From assembly GCA_016748015.1 (NCBI GenBank), contig JAAOMT010000790.1, positions 13,479-77,478 on the forward strand: 64,000 bases of DNA, in the 5' to 3' direction. Position numbers and translations under genes: made by a program. Each line of letters begins with the position of its first letter. Within the stretch, counting starts at the first letter, position 1. The notes under the pieces are model-generated. The model was not told the DNA's origin. It saw only the letters and a list, made by a program, of their open reading frames with translations, and did no database searches. Below, one piece after another: positions 12,701 through 24,706 of the stretch. Source of the DNA: Geosiphon pyriformis uo1 (taxonomy: Eukaryota; Fungi; Glomeromycota).

Positions 12701-15700
12701 AACATACCTGTGAAACCACTATTGACGCCTGGGATAATGATGACAAAAGTGAAGCAATGCCAACCAGCTGAGAAGAAAAAGGGAAAGGAAAAGAGAAAGA
12801 AGAAAACTTATCTGGAAAAGCCGACGAAGCCACAGAAAAAATAACCAGTGACTGGGAAAGAGAATACTTACATAAGCCAGTGAAGGAGCCACCTTACATT
12901 CTCTTAAAATGTTAGAACTGCAAGAAAAAACTCTCTTCCATAGGAGCATGGATTGCACCAGACAAAAACTACTGGACACAAATCCACTAATACTGCAAAC
13001 CATGCCATAGAAAATGCTATGATTACCCAAAACAACAAGGCAAGTGGGACAACGAACCATGTCTTGCTTGCGGTAAACAGTTACTCGACAAAGGAATATA
13101 GAACAATATTCCTGGTCGAAGAGGAATGTGTGACACTTTGTGCCAATACACAATCCTCATCAGTGATTGGGTAAGTTGCAGCACACCAATAACAGCCGTC
13201 TGGCACCGAGCAATCTCTCGCTTAGAAGGTTATCCACATGACAAAGATGAAATCTGGCAAATGGCCAATGCCAAAGTAGAGGGCACTTTGTCCAGTGAAA
13301 TTCTGGAGATCAAGAACAACCCTCCAGAACCAACAGACATTGTTTTGGTTCTCAACCTGGATGCCTTTCTCAACTTAGAAAACAGCCCAGAAGAATTTCA
13401 TGAACACTATCAGAACTTAGCACCCACCAGAAAAGAGCAGGAACAAAGATTGAAAGAAATAAACACTTGACTATGTGACTATTGTTTGATTCCATGTGAC
13501 TTTCAATATTGTAATAAGTGTGACCTCATTTACAATCCACCACCACGCATAATCTACATGATCTCCGAAGAGAAAGAACCAATTAGCAGCTGTACATTGG
13601 AATTGAAATTGGAATCGATTTTCAATTCCAATTCAAACTCCGACAAGAACAATGATGAAAACACCGGTTCCAGCTCCATTCAAAATGGCATTAACAATGA
13701 CAACAATTCCAACTCAGATTTAAACTCTGATTTAAACTACGAACAATATATTGCACTCTCTGATCTCACTAAAGAACAGAAACTAAAATAGTTCAGTAAT
13801 AATAATGAGGGTATTATGCCAGAATGTGCACATGATACTAATGCTGGGTTCGATCTAAGATATCTAGAAAAAAATGCCATCAAATTGGAACCACATTCAT
13901 GCACCTGCATTGATCTGAAAATAGTGCTGGAAATTCCAGCAACAACAATGGTTTAATTAGCATTTAGGAGTAGTTTAGCAAAAAGAGGAATTAATATAAG
14001 AGGAGGAATAATTGATGTGGGATATGTAGAAAATATCATCATTATAATACAAAATGACTCAGAAAAGGCCTATATAATAGAGCCCAATAAAAAGATAGCA
14101 CAGGCAATATTTTTACCTCTGATTAGAGTAGCTCAGTTGGTATCAGTGGGAAAGAGAGAGGAATTAGGGATAACAGCAAGAGGAATACAGGGATTTGGGT
14201 CAATGGGTAGAATAGATGTACCAGTTAATATGGCGGAAGAAGAAATTGTTGGCCAAGGAGAAATTATCTCAACCAGTCAAGCTATTTCTATTCCACCATA
14301 TAGCCAGTACATGTTAGCAATAGAAAGGAAGGAAAAAAAGCAAGAACAGATTTTTGAAGCTGAAGCAAACCTTTGTGAATCAGAAAAGATTGGACTAAGC
14401 AATCTTCACATACCAGCTAAAAGCTATAGCTGCATAAAAATTCTCATCTACAACAACATTGGCAATGTCATCAACATACCAAAAAGAACCACCATCGGAT
14501 ATTTAACCACAGAAATAGAAGACCAACCATCAAACTCCATTCCAGATTTTCCACAGCTTTGTGGATATGTTGATATAACATCACAAATGATATATAAACA
14601 AAGCAAATGTTATTTGCTCCAATCAGAACAATTGGAACAAATGAATATGAGAAACTTGGATCCACTCCAAAGTATGCAACTTAAGATGTTGCTCAACAAT
14701 TTCAATGACATCTTTGCCAACAAAAATGAGTTTGGCCAAACTGATATTATCCAGCATCAGATCAAGACTAGAGATGCAATGCCAATTAAACAAAGAGAAT
14801 ACAGAATACCACCAGCTAGCCACGAGATTATCTGGCAAGAAATAAACTGAATGCTTGACAATGGGCTAATTCAGCCATCAATGAGCCCATGGTCATTACC
14901 AGTAGTACTCATTCATAAAAAGAATAGAAAAATCTGCTTTTGTGTGGATTATAGAAAACTCAATGGAGTAACTCGTGGAGATAGCTACCTCATTCCATGG
15001 ATCCAAGAATTATTCAATGCTTTTGGTGGAAACAAATAGTTTTCAATATTAGATCTGGACAGTGGTTACTGGCAAGTAGCCATGGATCCAGCTGACAAAG
15101 AAAAGACAGCATTCACCACCAGAGAAAGGAATTTTGAATTTGAAGTAATGTCATTTGACTTAACCAACGCACCAGCCACTTTCCAAAGGCTAATAGAAAT
15201 TGTTTATATGGGCTTATTGTGGAAATCAGTAGTTGTATACTTAGATAACACCAATGTATTCTCAAAAACATTTGATAATCATCTTCATAATCTTCAACAA
15301 GTGTTTGAAAGACTAAGAAGAACAGGATTAAAGTTAAATGCAACAAAGTGTTTTTCAGCAAAACAGAACTAAAATTTTTAGGACACATAGTCAGCAAAGA
15401 TGGCATCAAAACGGATCCAGAAAAAATAGAGATAGTAAAGAACTTTTCAGTGCCAACAAATATAACAGAACTGAAATCATTCTTGGAATTTGCCAGCTAC
15501 TATCAACATTTTATCAAGAACTTTTCTAAGATAGTGCAGCCACTCAACCAACTGCAAACCAAGAATACAAAATATGAATGGACAGAAAGTCAACAAGAAG
15601 CTTTTGATATTCTGAGAAGAAAGCTCATTTAAGCTCTAGTACTAATCTATCCAGATCACAGCAAACTATTCATCATCACCACTGATGCATCTGGCCAAGC

Positions 15701-15834
15701 ATTGGAAGCAGTACTATCTCAGAGAGGACCAGATGACAGAGAATATCCAGTAGCATATGCCAGCAGAGATTTAACACCAGCCGAAAAGAACTATGGAACA
15801 CTGGAACAAGAACACTTAGCAATATACTGGGCAG
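9798..15834 (+). pseudogene. Element A gag-pol, 5' part: Gag (capsid, CCHC knuckle), aspartic protease, Cys-rich domain, dUTPase, RT, start of RNase H
   Basis: Knuckle CHNCGKQRHIRADC; protease ILDSG; RT SPWSLPVVL, CFCVDYRKLN, LDLDSGYWQ, YLDNT; RH TTDASGQALEAVLSQ...YPVAYASR. Many stops and a few frameshifts. Confidence 0.93.
13810..14210 (+). pseudogene. dUTPase domain of element A
   Basis: All five trimeric dUTPase motifs in order: AGFDL, RSSLA, GIIDVGY, IAQAIF, RGIQGFGSMG; one internal stop. Confidence 0.93.
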
Positions 15835-16847
15835 TGTTACCAATAGAATTTTAGCTATTAATTAGCATAAAATTACCCTTATAATTCCTATAATTCATTA
15901 GTATATTAATATTATTTCAAATTATTATTTATTATTTAATCAATTATCACATATCACGATTCAAGTAAAATAATCTAATTAGTATAACAGAAAGTAAGAT
16001 GATCAAATTACACAATACTCTGAACTTTGTAACATTCAAAAATTTGCTGAAATTTACAGAAATTCGCCGAAATTTATAAGAAATTTGCCGAAATTTACAG
16101 AAATTCGCTGAAATTATGAATAGTTCACCCAAATTAATCAATAGTTCAGTGAAATAACTTGTAGTTCATCAAAATGTATCTTTAGTTTGCTGGAATTTGG
16201 GCAAAGAAAAAAAAGTGCAAGTTCATAAACTAGTATTACAACAAGTTGTATAAAAGAAGAGCTTTTCTCTTCTAGAAAATGTATCTTACTTTAGATTTAT
16301 TACTTAGAACCATTTCTACACACATAAAAAGAAATAAATACCAAATAATTTGAAAAACCAAATTCTTTAATTATTGCTCTTGGAAAATCCCCAAAAACCA
16401 ACTAACATTTCGAAATTGATTAGCTACCAATTTCAGTAAACTGTTAGTGACTTCAGGTCTGGATAGAAAACGTTTCTCTTGATAAAATTCTATTTCTTTT
16501 ACATTTCTTTTATTTTCTTTTATTTTTCTTACTATAATCATTAGGGTAGCCTACAGACAAGATTCCTGTAGAAGAGTTGACTTTTACAGCAAAGTAATTA
16601 CACATTTTTAGTAAGCTTCCAGATGAGCAATTCTTGGGAAAGAGTTGACATTTACTACAATGTAACTACACAAAGCAATTGGCAAGGAATTGGCCATTCC
16701 ACTTATAAGCCCAGCAGTTCAAATTATAGAAGATAATTTGAAGATAAATTCAGTTATTGGAGGTTCAACTACTTCCTGAAAACGTGAATTCACAGCAAAT
16801 CAACATTACCAACATTTAAGAAAAGAGACCAAAAACCTCCAGTAACA
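15835..16847 (+). repeat. 5' LTR of element B
   Basis: TGTTAC...GTAACA; matches 24687-25626; followed by PBS TTTGGTGCTCTCCCACGG. Confidence 0.96.
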
Positions 16848-16892
16848 TTTGGTGCTCTCCCACGGAAATAACACAGCAACAACAAATTCAAA

Positions 16893-19800
16893 ATGGCGAC
16901 CACACCAGACACAGCAACTCTAGAGTATTACCAGTCAATATACACTTACTGCAAGCAAAGATTCAACATTCCAGACAGAATTGAAATTGTAAAGAAATCA
17001 GTATACCAATATATTGAAAACCACATCAACAATTATCTTTTTGGAAACTACAACATTTCAGAAGTTAGAAGCAACCTCTACAATAATTTAGTGCATCATT
17101 CACATTTGGGAACAGAAGACCTGAACAGTGAAACATTTGCTACCTATTTCCAAGAACTTAATTTTAATATTATTAAGTATTGTGAAGAAAAATACCCAGT
17201 ACAGTCTAAATACTCTTTTGACTTTGAATCAGAGACAGAAACAAGCAATAAAGGCAAACAAAGATTGAAGCAATACTCAAGAACTACTCCAAACACTCCA
17301 ACACTACAAAAGACAACTGCCAAACACTTGTAAACACCTAAACAAGGAACCAGTGTCAAATTACCACTTTCTATTACACTATTTCCAATTTCACTTGTTC
17401 AACCACAAACACCAAGTTCATCATTTAGCCGTTTTTCCAGACCAAAAGATTTTCAGTCACCTAGAAATCCTACTCAACAGCAGGAACCAATATCAACAAG
17501 TGCCAATATCATTAATTACTTACAGGAAAACGAAAGTAATCACTCAGAAAGCTTGGAAAGTAAAAAAACTGAATCAGAACCAGAAGAAATTCCAGAAAAC
17601 AAAAAAAAAATGGCAACTGCTTACATTGCAAAAATCCCAGAATTCACTGGTGAAGACAATGATACCAGTCCCCAAGAATGGCTTGACAAAGTTCAAAAAG
17701 CAGGAGATGCAAATAGTTGGATTGCAGCAAGAATGCTCAAAGCAATTCCTTACTTTCTCCAAGGAACAGCAGGAGAATGGTTTGAAAATTTAGAAGAACC
17801 ATTTGAAAACTGGCAAGCATTCAAAGATGCTTTTTTACAACAATTTACTGACAACAATACCTCTATCACTCTCAGAAACCGCTTTTGCAATATCAAACAA
17901 GAAACATCTGAATCTGTTATGACCTATCTTGGAAGATTTAACAAACTTCTCAGACGAATCCGACAATTAGAAACCAATGACTACTATTCTGATGCTCAAA
18001 TTCTGGATCAGTTTATAGCAGGGTTAAAAGACAAACTGATTAAGAAAGTCTGTCCACATGCTCCAGCAGACTTAGCAACTGCTATTAGACATGCAAAGAG
18101 CTATGAAATGGCAATGGAAGAAGCAAATCACACCAAGCTTGTAAACCTTGCAATTGGAGAAACCAGCTCAGTGGCTGAAAAGAAGATAAATCAACTCACA
18201 AAAAAAGTTGAAAGCTACTTCACAAACCAACAACAACAGCAACAACAACCACAAAGATATCAACCCCCACAACGACGCAACCAAAACAATTTTGGATCAT
18301 TATCTAACAACCAATCTCAAAATTGTTATTATTGTGGAATTCCAAAACACTGGAAACGAGATTGTAGGAAATTACAAAGAGACCAACAAAACAGGAGTAA
18401 TCAACATTACTCTTCACTACAACAATCCTATTACCAATCTCCACTACCAACTTATTATTCACCAAGACCACAAAATCAAAACAGTTACTATCCACCAGCT
18501 CCACAATCAATGCAGCAACAATATTAGCAACCTTTACCAATTCAGCCATATCAGACACCACTCACTCAACAATATCAAGTACCAGCAAGAAGATTGGTTC
18601 AACATAACCAATTCACACCCCAAAATCAATTGCAGAATAACCACAACAGAATCAATCCAAATAACCAGTTGGTTCCCCGAAATTCGGGCCAGCAAAGACC
18701 CAATCACTATCACACTCAACCCAGTTATCTTACAATACCAGAGAAATCGGATTTTCAACAAACTGTACTTTCTGAAGGTGAAATTGCAGCACCAAGATCA
18801 AACTTTTTCAACCACACCATTCCCCCAGCTCAAATTGCCCAAAATGCTAATCTGTCAGATATATTTTCATTTGAATTTGAGGCAAATGAATCACCATTTC
18901 TGCTTAGTAATGCAGCAGTCAATGAACAGAAAGCAATTACTGCCATGTACACAGAAGCTATAGTGGAAGGAAAACCCATTTGCTTAATCTTAAATAGTGG
19001 ATCAGCTGGAAGTATCATCACTTACCAGCTGATGCAACAACTCAAACAAAACATAGACAAACCAGCTCAAACAGTTATTGTTACAGCTAATGGTATGAAG
19101 AAGACTCCAGTAGGAGAAATTGATGATTTCCCTTTTTTAATTGATGGAATTACCATTCCAGTTAAAGTTCTTGTTATGGATGCACCCCAATACCAAGCTC
19201 TAGTCGGAAATGATTGGCTTCTCAAGGCCAATGCAAACCTGAACTGGGAAACTCAAAAACTTAAAATCTCATACCAAGGACAATATACCATAGTACCTGC
19301 AATCTGTGGTACCTTTAACAAATGATCAGAAAAAGCTCCAGTATTTGAATTTGAAGAGGAGAAAGAAATACCACTTACTGAAACCTACATGGCTCTTGGA
19401 TCAACATCCAATTGGGCTGAAGAAACTGAACAAGAGATTTTCGAAGAATCAAGGGGATGGAAGAAAGTTAGATATTCTACACCAAAACCACAGAAACAAC
19501 CACTCTATATTCCACTTAAATGCAAAGATTGCAACAAAAAACTTTCATTAATGGGAGCATGTATTTCTCCAGAAGAGGAATATGAAACTCGTACCTGTTA
19601 CTTTTGCAAAGCATGCCATAGAGAATGATTTGGATTTCCAAAAAGAAGTGGAAAATGAGACAACACACCTTGCCTTACATGTGGAGAAATACTACCAGAA
19701 GAATGCAATTGAATTGATGTAGCAATGAGAGGAGGAGTATGTGATCAAATCTGTCAATATGCTCTATCAATTTCGGAAAAAGTCAAAAGAGGGACACCAT

Positions 19801-22412
19801 TTGATGCAGCATACAACAGTGCTCTCAATAAACTTTACCACTACCCTCATAATACTGAAATAATTTTTGACCTAGCAATGACATTAATCAATGGAGCCAC
19901 TCAAAAAGATGTCCGCCAAATGAAAAAAGCTGAATATATTGAGTACACCATGGAATTAGCTGGATTTGATTATGAAGATAAAGTAGAAACCTACCACCAA
20001 ATTGCAAGCCACACATATCTGACCAAAGAAGCTCAAATTCAACAATTAGAGCAAATGAACATTCAATTGTGTAAAGAATGTGTTATGCCTTGTGATGACC
20101 AATGGTGTTTAGAATGTTATGCTCTTAGCATTCCTTTGCCAGATGAGAATGATGAAAATGAAATCGAATTTGGAGTATCTGAACAAGTAGAAGAACTACC
20201 AACCACTCCCATCTATCTTCTTGAAAAGCAACCACCTCTACAACTTAAATATTTTGACAACCATGGCCAAGGAATCAGACCAGAAAAAGCANNNNNNNNN
20301 NNNNNNNNNNNNNNNNNNNNNNNNNNNNNNNNNNNNNNNNNNNNNNNNNNNNNNNNNNNNNNNNNNNNNNNNNNNNNNNNNNNNNNNNNNNNNNNNNNNN
20401 NNNNNNNNNNNNNNNNNNNNNNNNNNNNNNNNNNNNNNNNNNNNNNNNNNNNNNNNNNNNNNNNNNNNCTTACTCTTAATCAACATTTCGGGTTTACAAT
20501 CAGTAAACAACAGAGAACAATTGGAAAAAAGTGAAAGAGGAACTCAAGGTTTTGGTTCAACTGGACGATTTACAGTTCCAGTAAACATAGCTCTTAATAC
20601 ACAAAATGAATCTCACCAGATTCTTCAACTTCCTCAGCCAATTACCATTTCACCTTTTGGAGAACATTACGAAATTTACACTTGCTCAAAACCCACCACT
20701 ACACAACAAATCTTTGAATCCAATGAACAAATCTGTTTGAAGCATGAAATATTAATTCCAAATGTTTATATTCCCAAAGGAATGAAAAAATTTTGAGTTA
20801 CATTCTACAACCCCAATAATTACCCTATTGTTTTATTAAACAAATTAGAAATTGGAATCATACACAGCAATATCTTTCAAGATGAAAACCCTCAAATTGT
20901 CTTTAATTTCATCGAAATTATAAAGCACACTCTACTCCCAAATCCAAATATTATTCTCACTACTGAAAACTACCACTTGTTAGAAGAAAAACTCTCTCGA
21001 ATCAATATAGATCCCTTAGAACCTCAACAACAAAGACAATTGAAACAATTGATAGCTGAATTTGCAGATATATTTGCAAAAGACAACAATGACTTGGGAA
21101 AAACAGACATTGTTCAACATCAGATCCATACAGGAGATGCTCTACCAAAACGTCAACAAGCTTATTGAGTGCCACCTGCCAGCCACCAAATTATCAGAGA
21201 AGAGGTCCAAAGAATGCTCAATAATGGATTGATTCAACCATCAAGAAGTCCTTGGGCCTTACCAGTAGTTTTGGTTAAAAAAAAAAACGGAAAAATTAGA
21301 TTTGTGTTAATTATAGACAACTGAATAGTGTTACAATTGGAGATGTCTACCCTCTTCCAAGAATTGATGACATGCTAGATGCTCTGGGAAAAGCCAAGTT
21401 CTTTTCAACTTTAGATCTGGAAAGTGAATACTGGCAAGTCGAAATGGACCCAAAAGATAGACCCAAAACAGCATTCACCACTCAAGAAGGAAATTATGAG
21501 TTTAATGTTATGCCTTTTGGACTTTGCAATGCACCAGCAACATTTTAGCGACTCATAGATGTTGTCTATGAAGGGCTCTTGTGGCAATTAGTAGTTGTTT
21601 ATCTTGATGATACTGATGTATACTCACCAAGCTTTGAAGCCCATTTCATTCACCTGCGAGAAGTTTTTCAACGACTATGAAAAGCAGGATTAAAGTTAAA
21701 TATTGAGAAATGTCACTTTGGAAAAACAAGTTTGATCTTTTTTGGACACATAGTTAGTAAAAATGGAATCAAACCAAATCCAGGAACAATCAATGCTGTC
21801 AAAAACTTTCAAACTCCCAGAAATACTACAGAACTAAGAGAATTTGTGGGATTAGTCTCTTACTATTGAAAATTTATAAAAGGATTCTCAGAAATTGCCA
21901 AACCACTAAATTATCTTACTAACAAAAACGTACCATACAAATGGACTGAAGAACAACAAAAAGCTTTTGAAATTCTCAAAACAAAATTGACAACAGCCCC
22001 AGTTTTTGCTTACTCAGATTTCAACAAACGATTCCAATTAGCCACTGATGTCTCACACATAGCATTTGGTGCTATCTTATCACAATTGGATGAAAATGGC
22101 CAAGAACAAGTTATTGCCTATGCCAGCAGAACACTCAAGCCAACAGAACTCAAATATGACTCAACTGAATTAGAAGCTGCTGCAGTTATTTGGGTTTTTA
22201 AACATTTTCAACAATATCTGAAAAATGGAAAAGAATTTGACATAATAACGGACAACATTGGCCTCAAATGGCTTAATAAAAAGAAAAATGAACAAAGTGC
22301 CAAACAGTTTCGATGGAATGACTTTCTAGCAGACTACAGATATATTGTACACCACAAACCAAGAAAACTACATACCAATGTTGATACCCTCTCAAGAATG
22401 AGACAAGATTAA
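16893..22412 (+). pseudogene. Element B gag-pol: Gag, protease, Cys-rich domain, dUTPase (core lies in the N gap), RT, RNase H
   Basis: IPEFTGE...PQEWL capsid; CYYCGIPKHWKRDC knuckle; ILNSG (mutated DSG); RGTQGFGSTG dUTPase motif 5; YLDDT; RH ATDVS...ELEAAAVIW...ITDN...NVDTLSR. Gag and protease are in one frame. Confidence 0.94.
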
Positions 22413-22469
22413 TACCAACAACAATTTCACCACAACTTACTAACTTACCAACAAAATAACCAAACAAGA

Positions 22470-23855
22470 ATGGATCCCAGAAACTACAGCAATCTTAAAA
22501 ATTATTTGGAGATCCTTACCATGCCAGAAAACTGGTCTCCAAGTGAAAAACACCGCTTACAACACCAATCAAAACAATATTTCATACACCAGAACAAAAT
22601 TTATTATAAAAATCACAGAAAACCAAACCAGCCACTCAGATTAGTACAAGAGAATAAAAAAGAAACAATTTTATACAACATGCACACAGATCTGTCTTCA
22701 GCACACTTGGGAAAAGAAGAAACAATTCAAAGAACCCTTGAACATTATTTTTGGCTTCACATGCAAAAAAACATTCGACAATATGTAGAATCTTGTGATA
22801 ATTGCCAAAAAAGAGGAGGAACTCACCCCACAGAACCTTTAAATCCAATCAAAATTGGACAACCTTTTGACAGAGTTGGAATTGATTTAGTCAGACCATT
22901 ATCTATCACAACCCAAGGAAATTGTTATATTGCAGTTGCAGTGGATTATTTTACCAAATGGCCTGAAACTAGAGCCATCCAAAGAGCAGATGCAAAATCA
23001 GTAGCAAAATTCATCTATGAAGACATTATCTGTAGACATGGATGTCCAATTGAACTCTTATTTGATCAAGGAACACATTTTGTGAACAACTTGATACAAG
23101 AAATTTGTAAACGGTTCAATGTCAAAAGACCTCTATCATCATCTTATCACCCTTAAACAAATGGACTTATAGAACATTTCAACAGAACATTGTGTGAATC
23201 TTTAGCCAAAGTCTCAACAGACTTTGAACAGGAATGAGATATCTTTATTCCATCAGTGTTACTAGCATACAGAACACTAAAACAAGATACTACAAAACAC
23301 ACACCATTTAATCTTACTTATGAAAGGACAGCAACATTACCAATTAATTTCACAGTGGAAACATACCCAGTACAACCAATCAATGAAGAAAACTTTCAAG
23401 AGACACTCCAAAGAAGAGCTTACACTCTTCTTAGTACACTGGAAGGAAAAAAAAGAATAGCAGCAGCTCATATTGAACATTCCCAAGCTTAACAAAAAGA
23501 AAGACATGACAACAAATTACCATCTATTACCAACGAATTTAAAGTTAGAAATAAAGTTCTCTTACACAGAACTAAGGCTGAAAAACAATGGAGTGGGAAA
23601 TTTGAAAACAAATAGGATGGACCATTTTATATTCACGAAATTCTAGGCAATAGATCATATAAGTTAAGACTTAATGACAAAATATTAGCAAAAGTTGCAC
23701 ATGGAGACAGACTGAAACACTATTATTTCAGAAACAATCCTGAACCATTAATTCCACAAATTGGTACACATTCTCCTTTAATTAATTCTGAAGATATTCC
23801 CCGAAATTTAGAACCAATAATTATAATAGAACAACAACCAAACTTGAACACTTAA
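22470..23855 (+). pseudogene. Element B integrase ORF (HHCC, DDE core, GPY/F, no chromodomain)
   Basis: MH...AHLG...CDNC; RVGIDLV; VDYFTKW; FDQGTHF; GPFYI; several in-frame stops. Confidence 0.93.
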
Positions 23856-23998
23856 ATTTTACAATAATTCTCTACTAAAAACACAAAGACAAAAATAGTA
23901 AATAATTACAAAACACCCAAACCCAAAAACAAATAAAAACCCCATATCCAAAAAATAATTTTCTTTATTTTTTCTTTTCATAATTAGTCAATTTTATC

Positions 23999-24706
23999 AT
24001 GATTATTCCCCAAAATATTCAACAAATATCCCAAAAATTAATGTTAGCCTTGAAAACACTCCCTGACTTATCTATAACGATTAATGGAAGTCAAATTAAA
24101 TACATTCAGAAAGAAACCACAGCCCCAGTAGCAAATCATTTACAGAACTATCACCCCTATAGAAGAGAAACAAGAAGTCACTCTGAAAATAAATTACCAA
24201 GACTTTTGAAGCAGGCACTAGAAGAAAATCTGCTAATTGCCCCTATTGACATTCCACCAAATGCTACAATACAACAAAAACTACTACTACTTCTTAATGA
24301 ACAGAACAATGAACACACCCCTATCTATAAATACTTTCAAATTGGAAAAACACTTTATGAACAAAAACTGGAACTTGAAGCAACAAATCTCACTCCTGAA
24401 GTTATACAAAAACAAATCTACAATGAATTCAAAACAGCAGCTGGACCAACAAACACTTGCTACAAACTTAGAGCAGCTTTTAGACTCTATGATTTGTTTA
24501 ATACTTGTGAAAATATTCTACAAAATCCAATACTGCAATCAATGAAAGTCCAATACATTGGCAAACTCACAGAACTAAAATTTCAACAATTTTCAGACCA
24601 GATTACTTCAATCATTTTAGATCACTATCTCAATATTACAGATAGTGCTTGGACTTCGATGGAGCTCAGTCTTGAGGAGGAGATTATGTTACCAGTAGAA
24701 TTTTAG
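23999..24706 (+). CDS. Element B ORF3, 235 aa, unknown function, in the env position
   Basis: Open ORF between integrase and PPT, ending inside the 3' LTR; aligns by eye with element A ORF3; no obvious signal peptide or TM segment. Confidence 0.75.
   Translation: MIIPQNIQQISQKLMLALKTLPDLSITINGSQIKYIQKETTAPVANHLQNYHPYRRETRSHSENKLPRLLKQALEENLLIAPIDIPPNATIQQKLLLLLNEQNNEHTPIYKYFQIGKTLYEQKLELEATNLTPEVIQKQIYNEFKTAAGPTNTCYKLRAAFRLYDLFNTCENILQNPILQSMKVQYIGKLTELKFQQFSDQITSIILDHYLNITDSAWTSMELSLEEEIMLPVEF

Noticed and set aside
20292-20468. Loss of the dUTPase core in element B
   Set aside because: It is an N gap and both flanks match the A dUTPase.
9798-23855. Alternative genetic code or systematic read-through explaining the many in-frame stops
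   Set aside because: Stop positions mostly differ between A and B, they accompany missense transitions at catalytic residues, and host genes use standard stops.
23999-24706. ORF3 as an env gene, or as a domesticated gene because it lacks stops
   Set aside because: No signal peptide, TM helix or cleavage motif is visible. At the stop density seen elsewhere in B, a stop-free 235 codons is plausible by chance.
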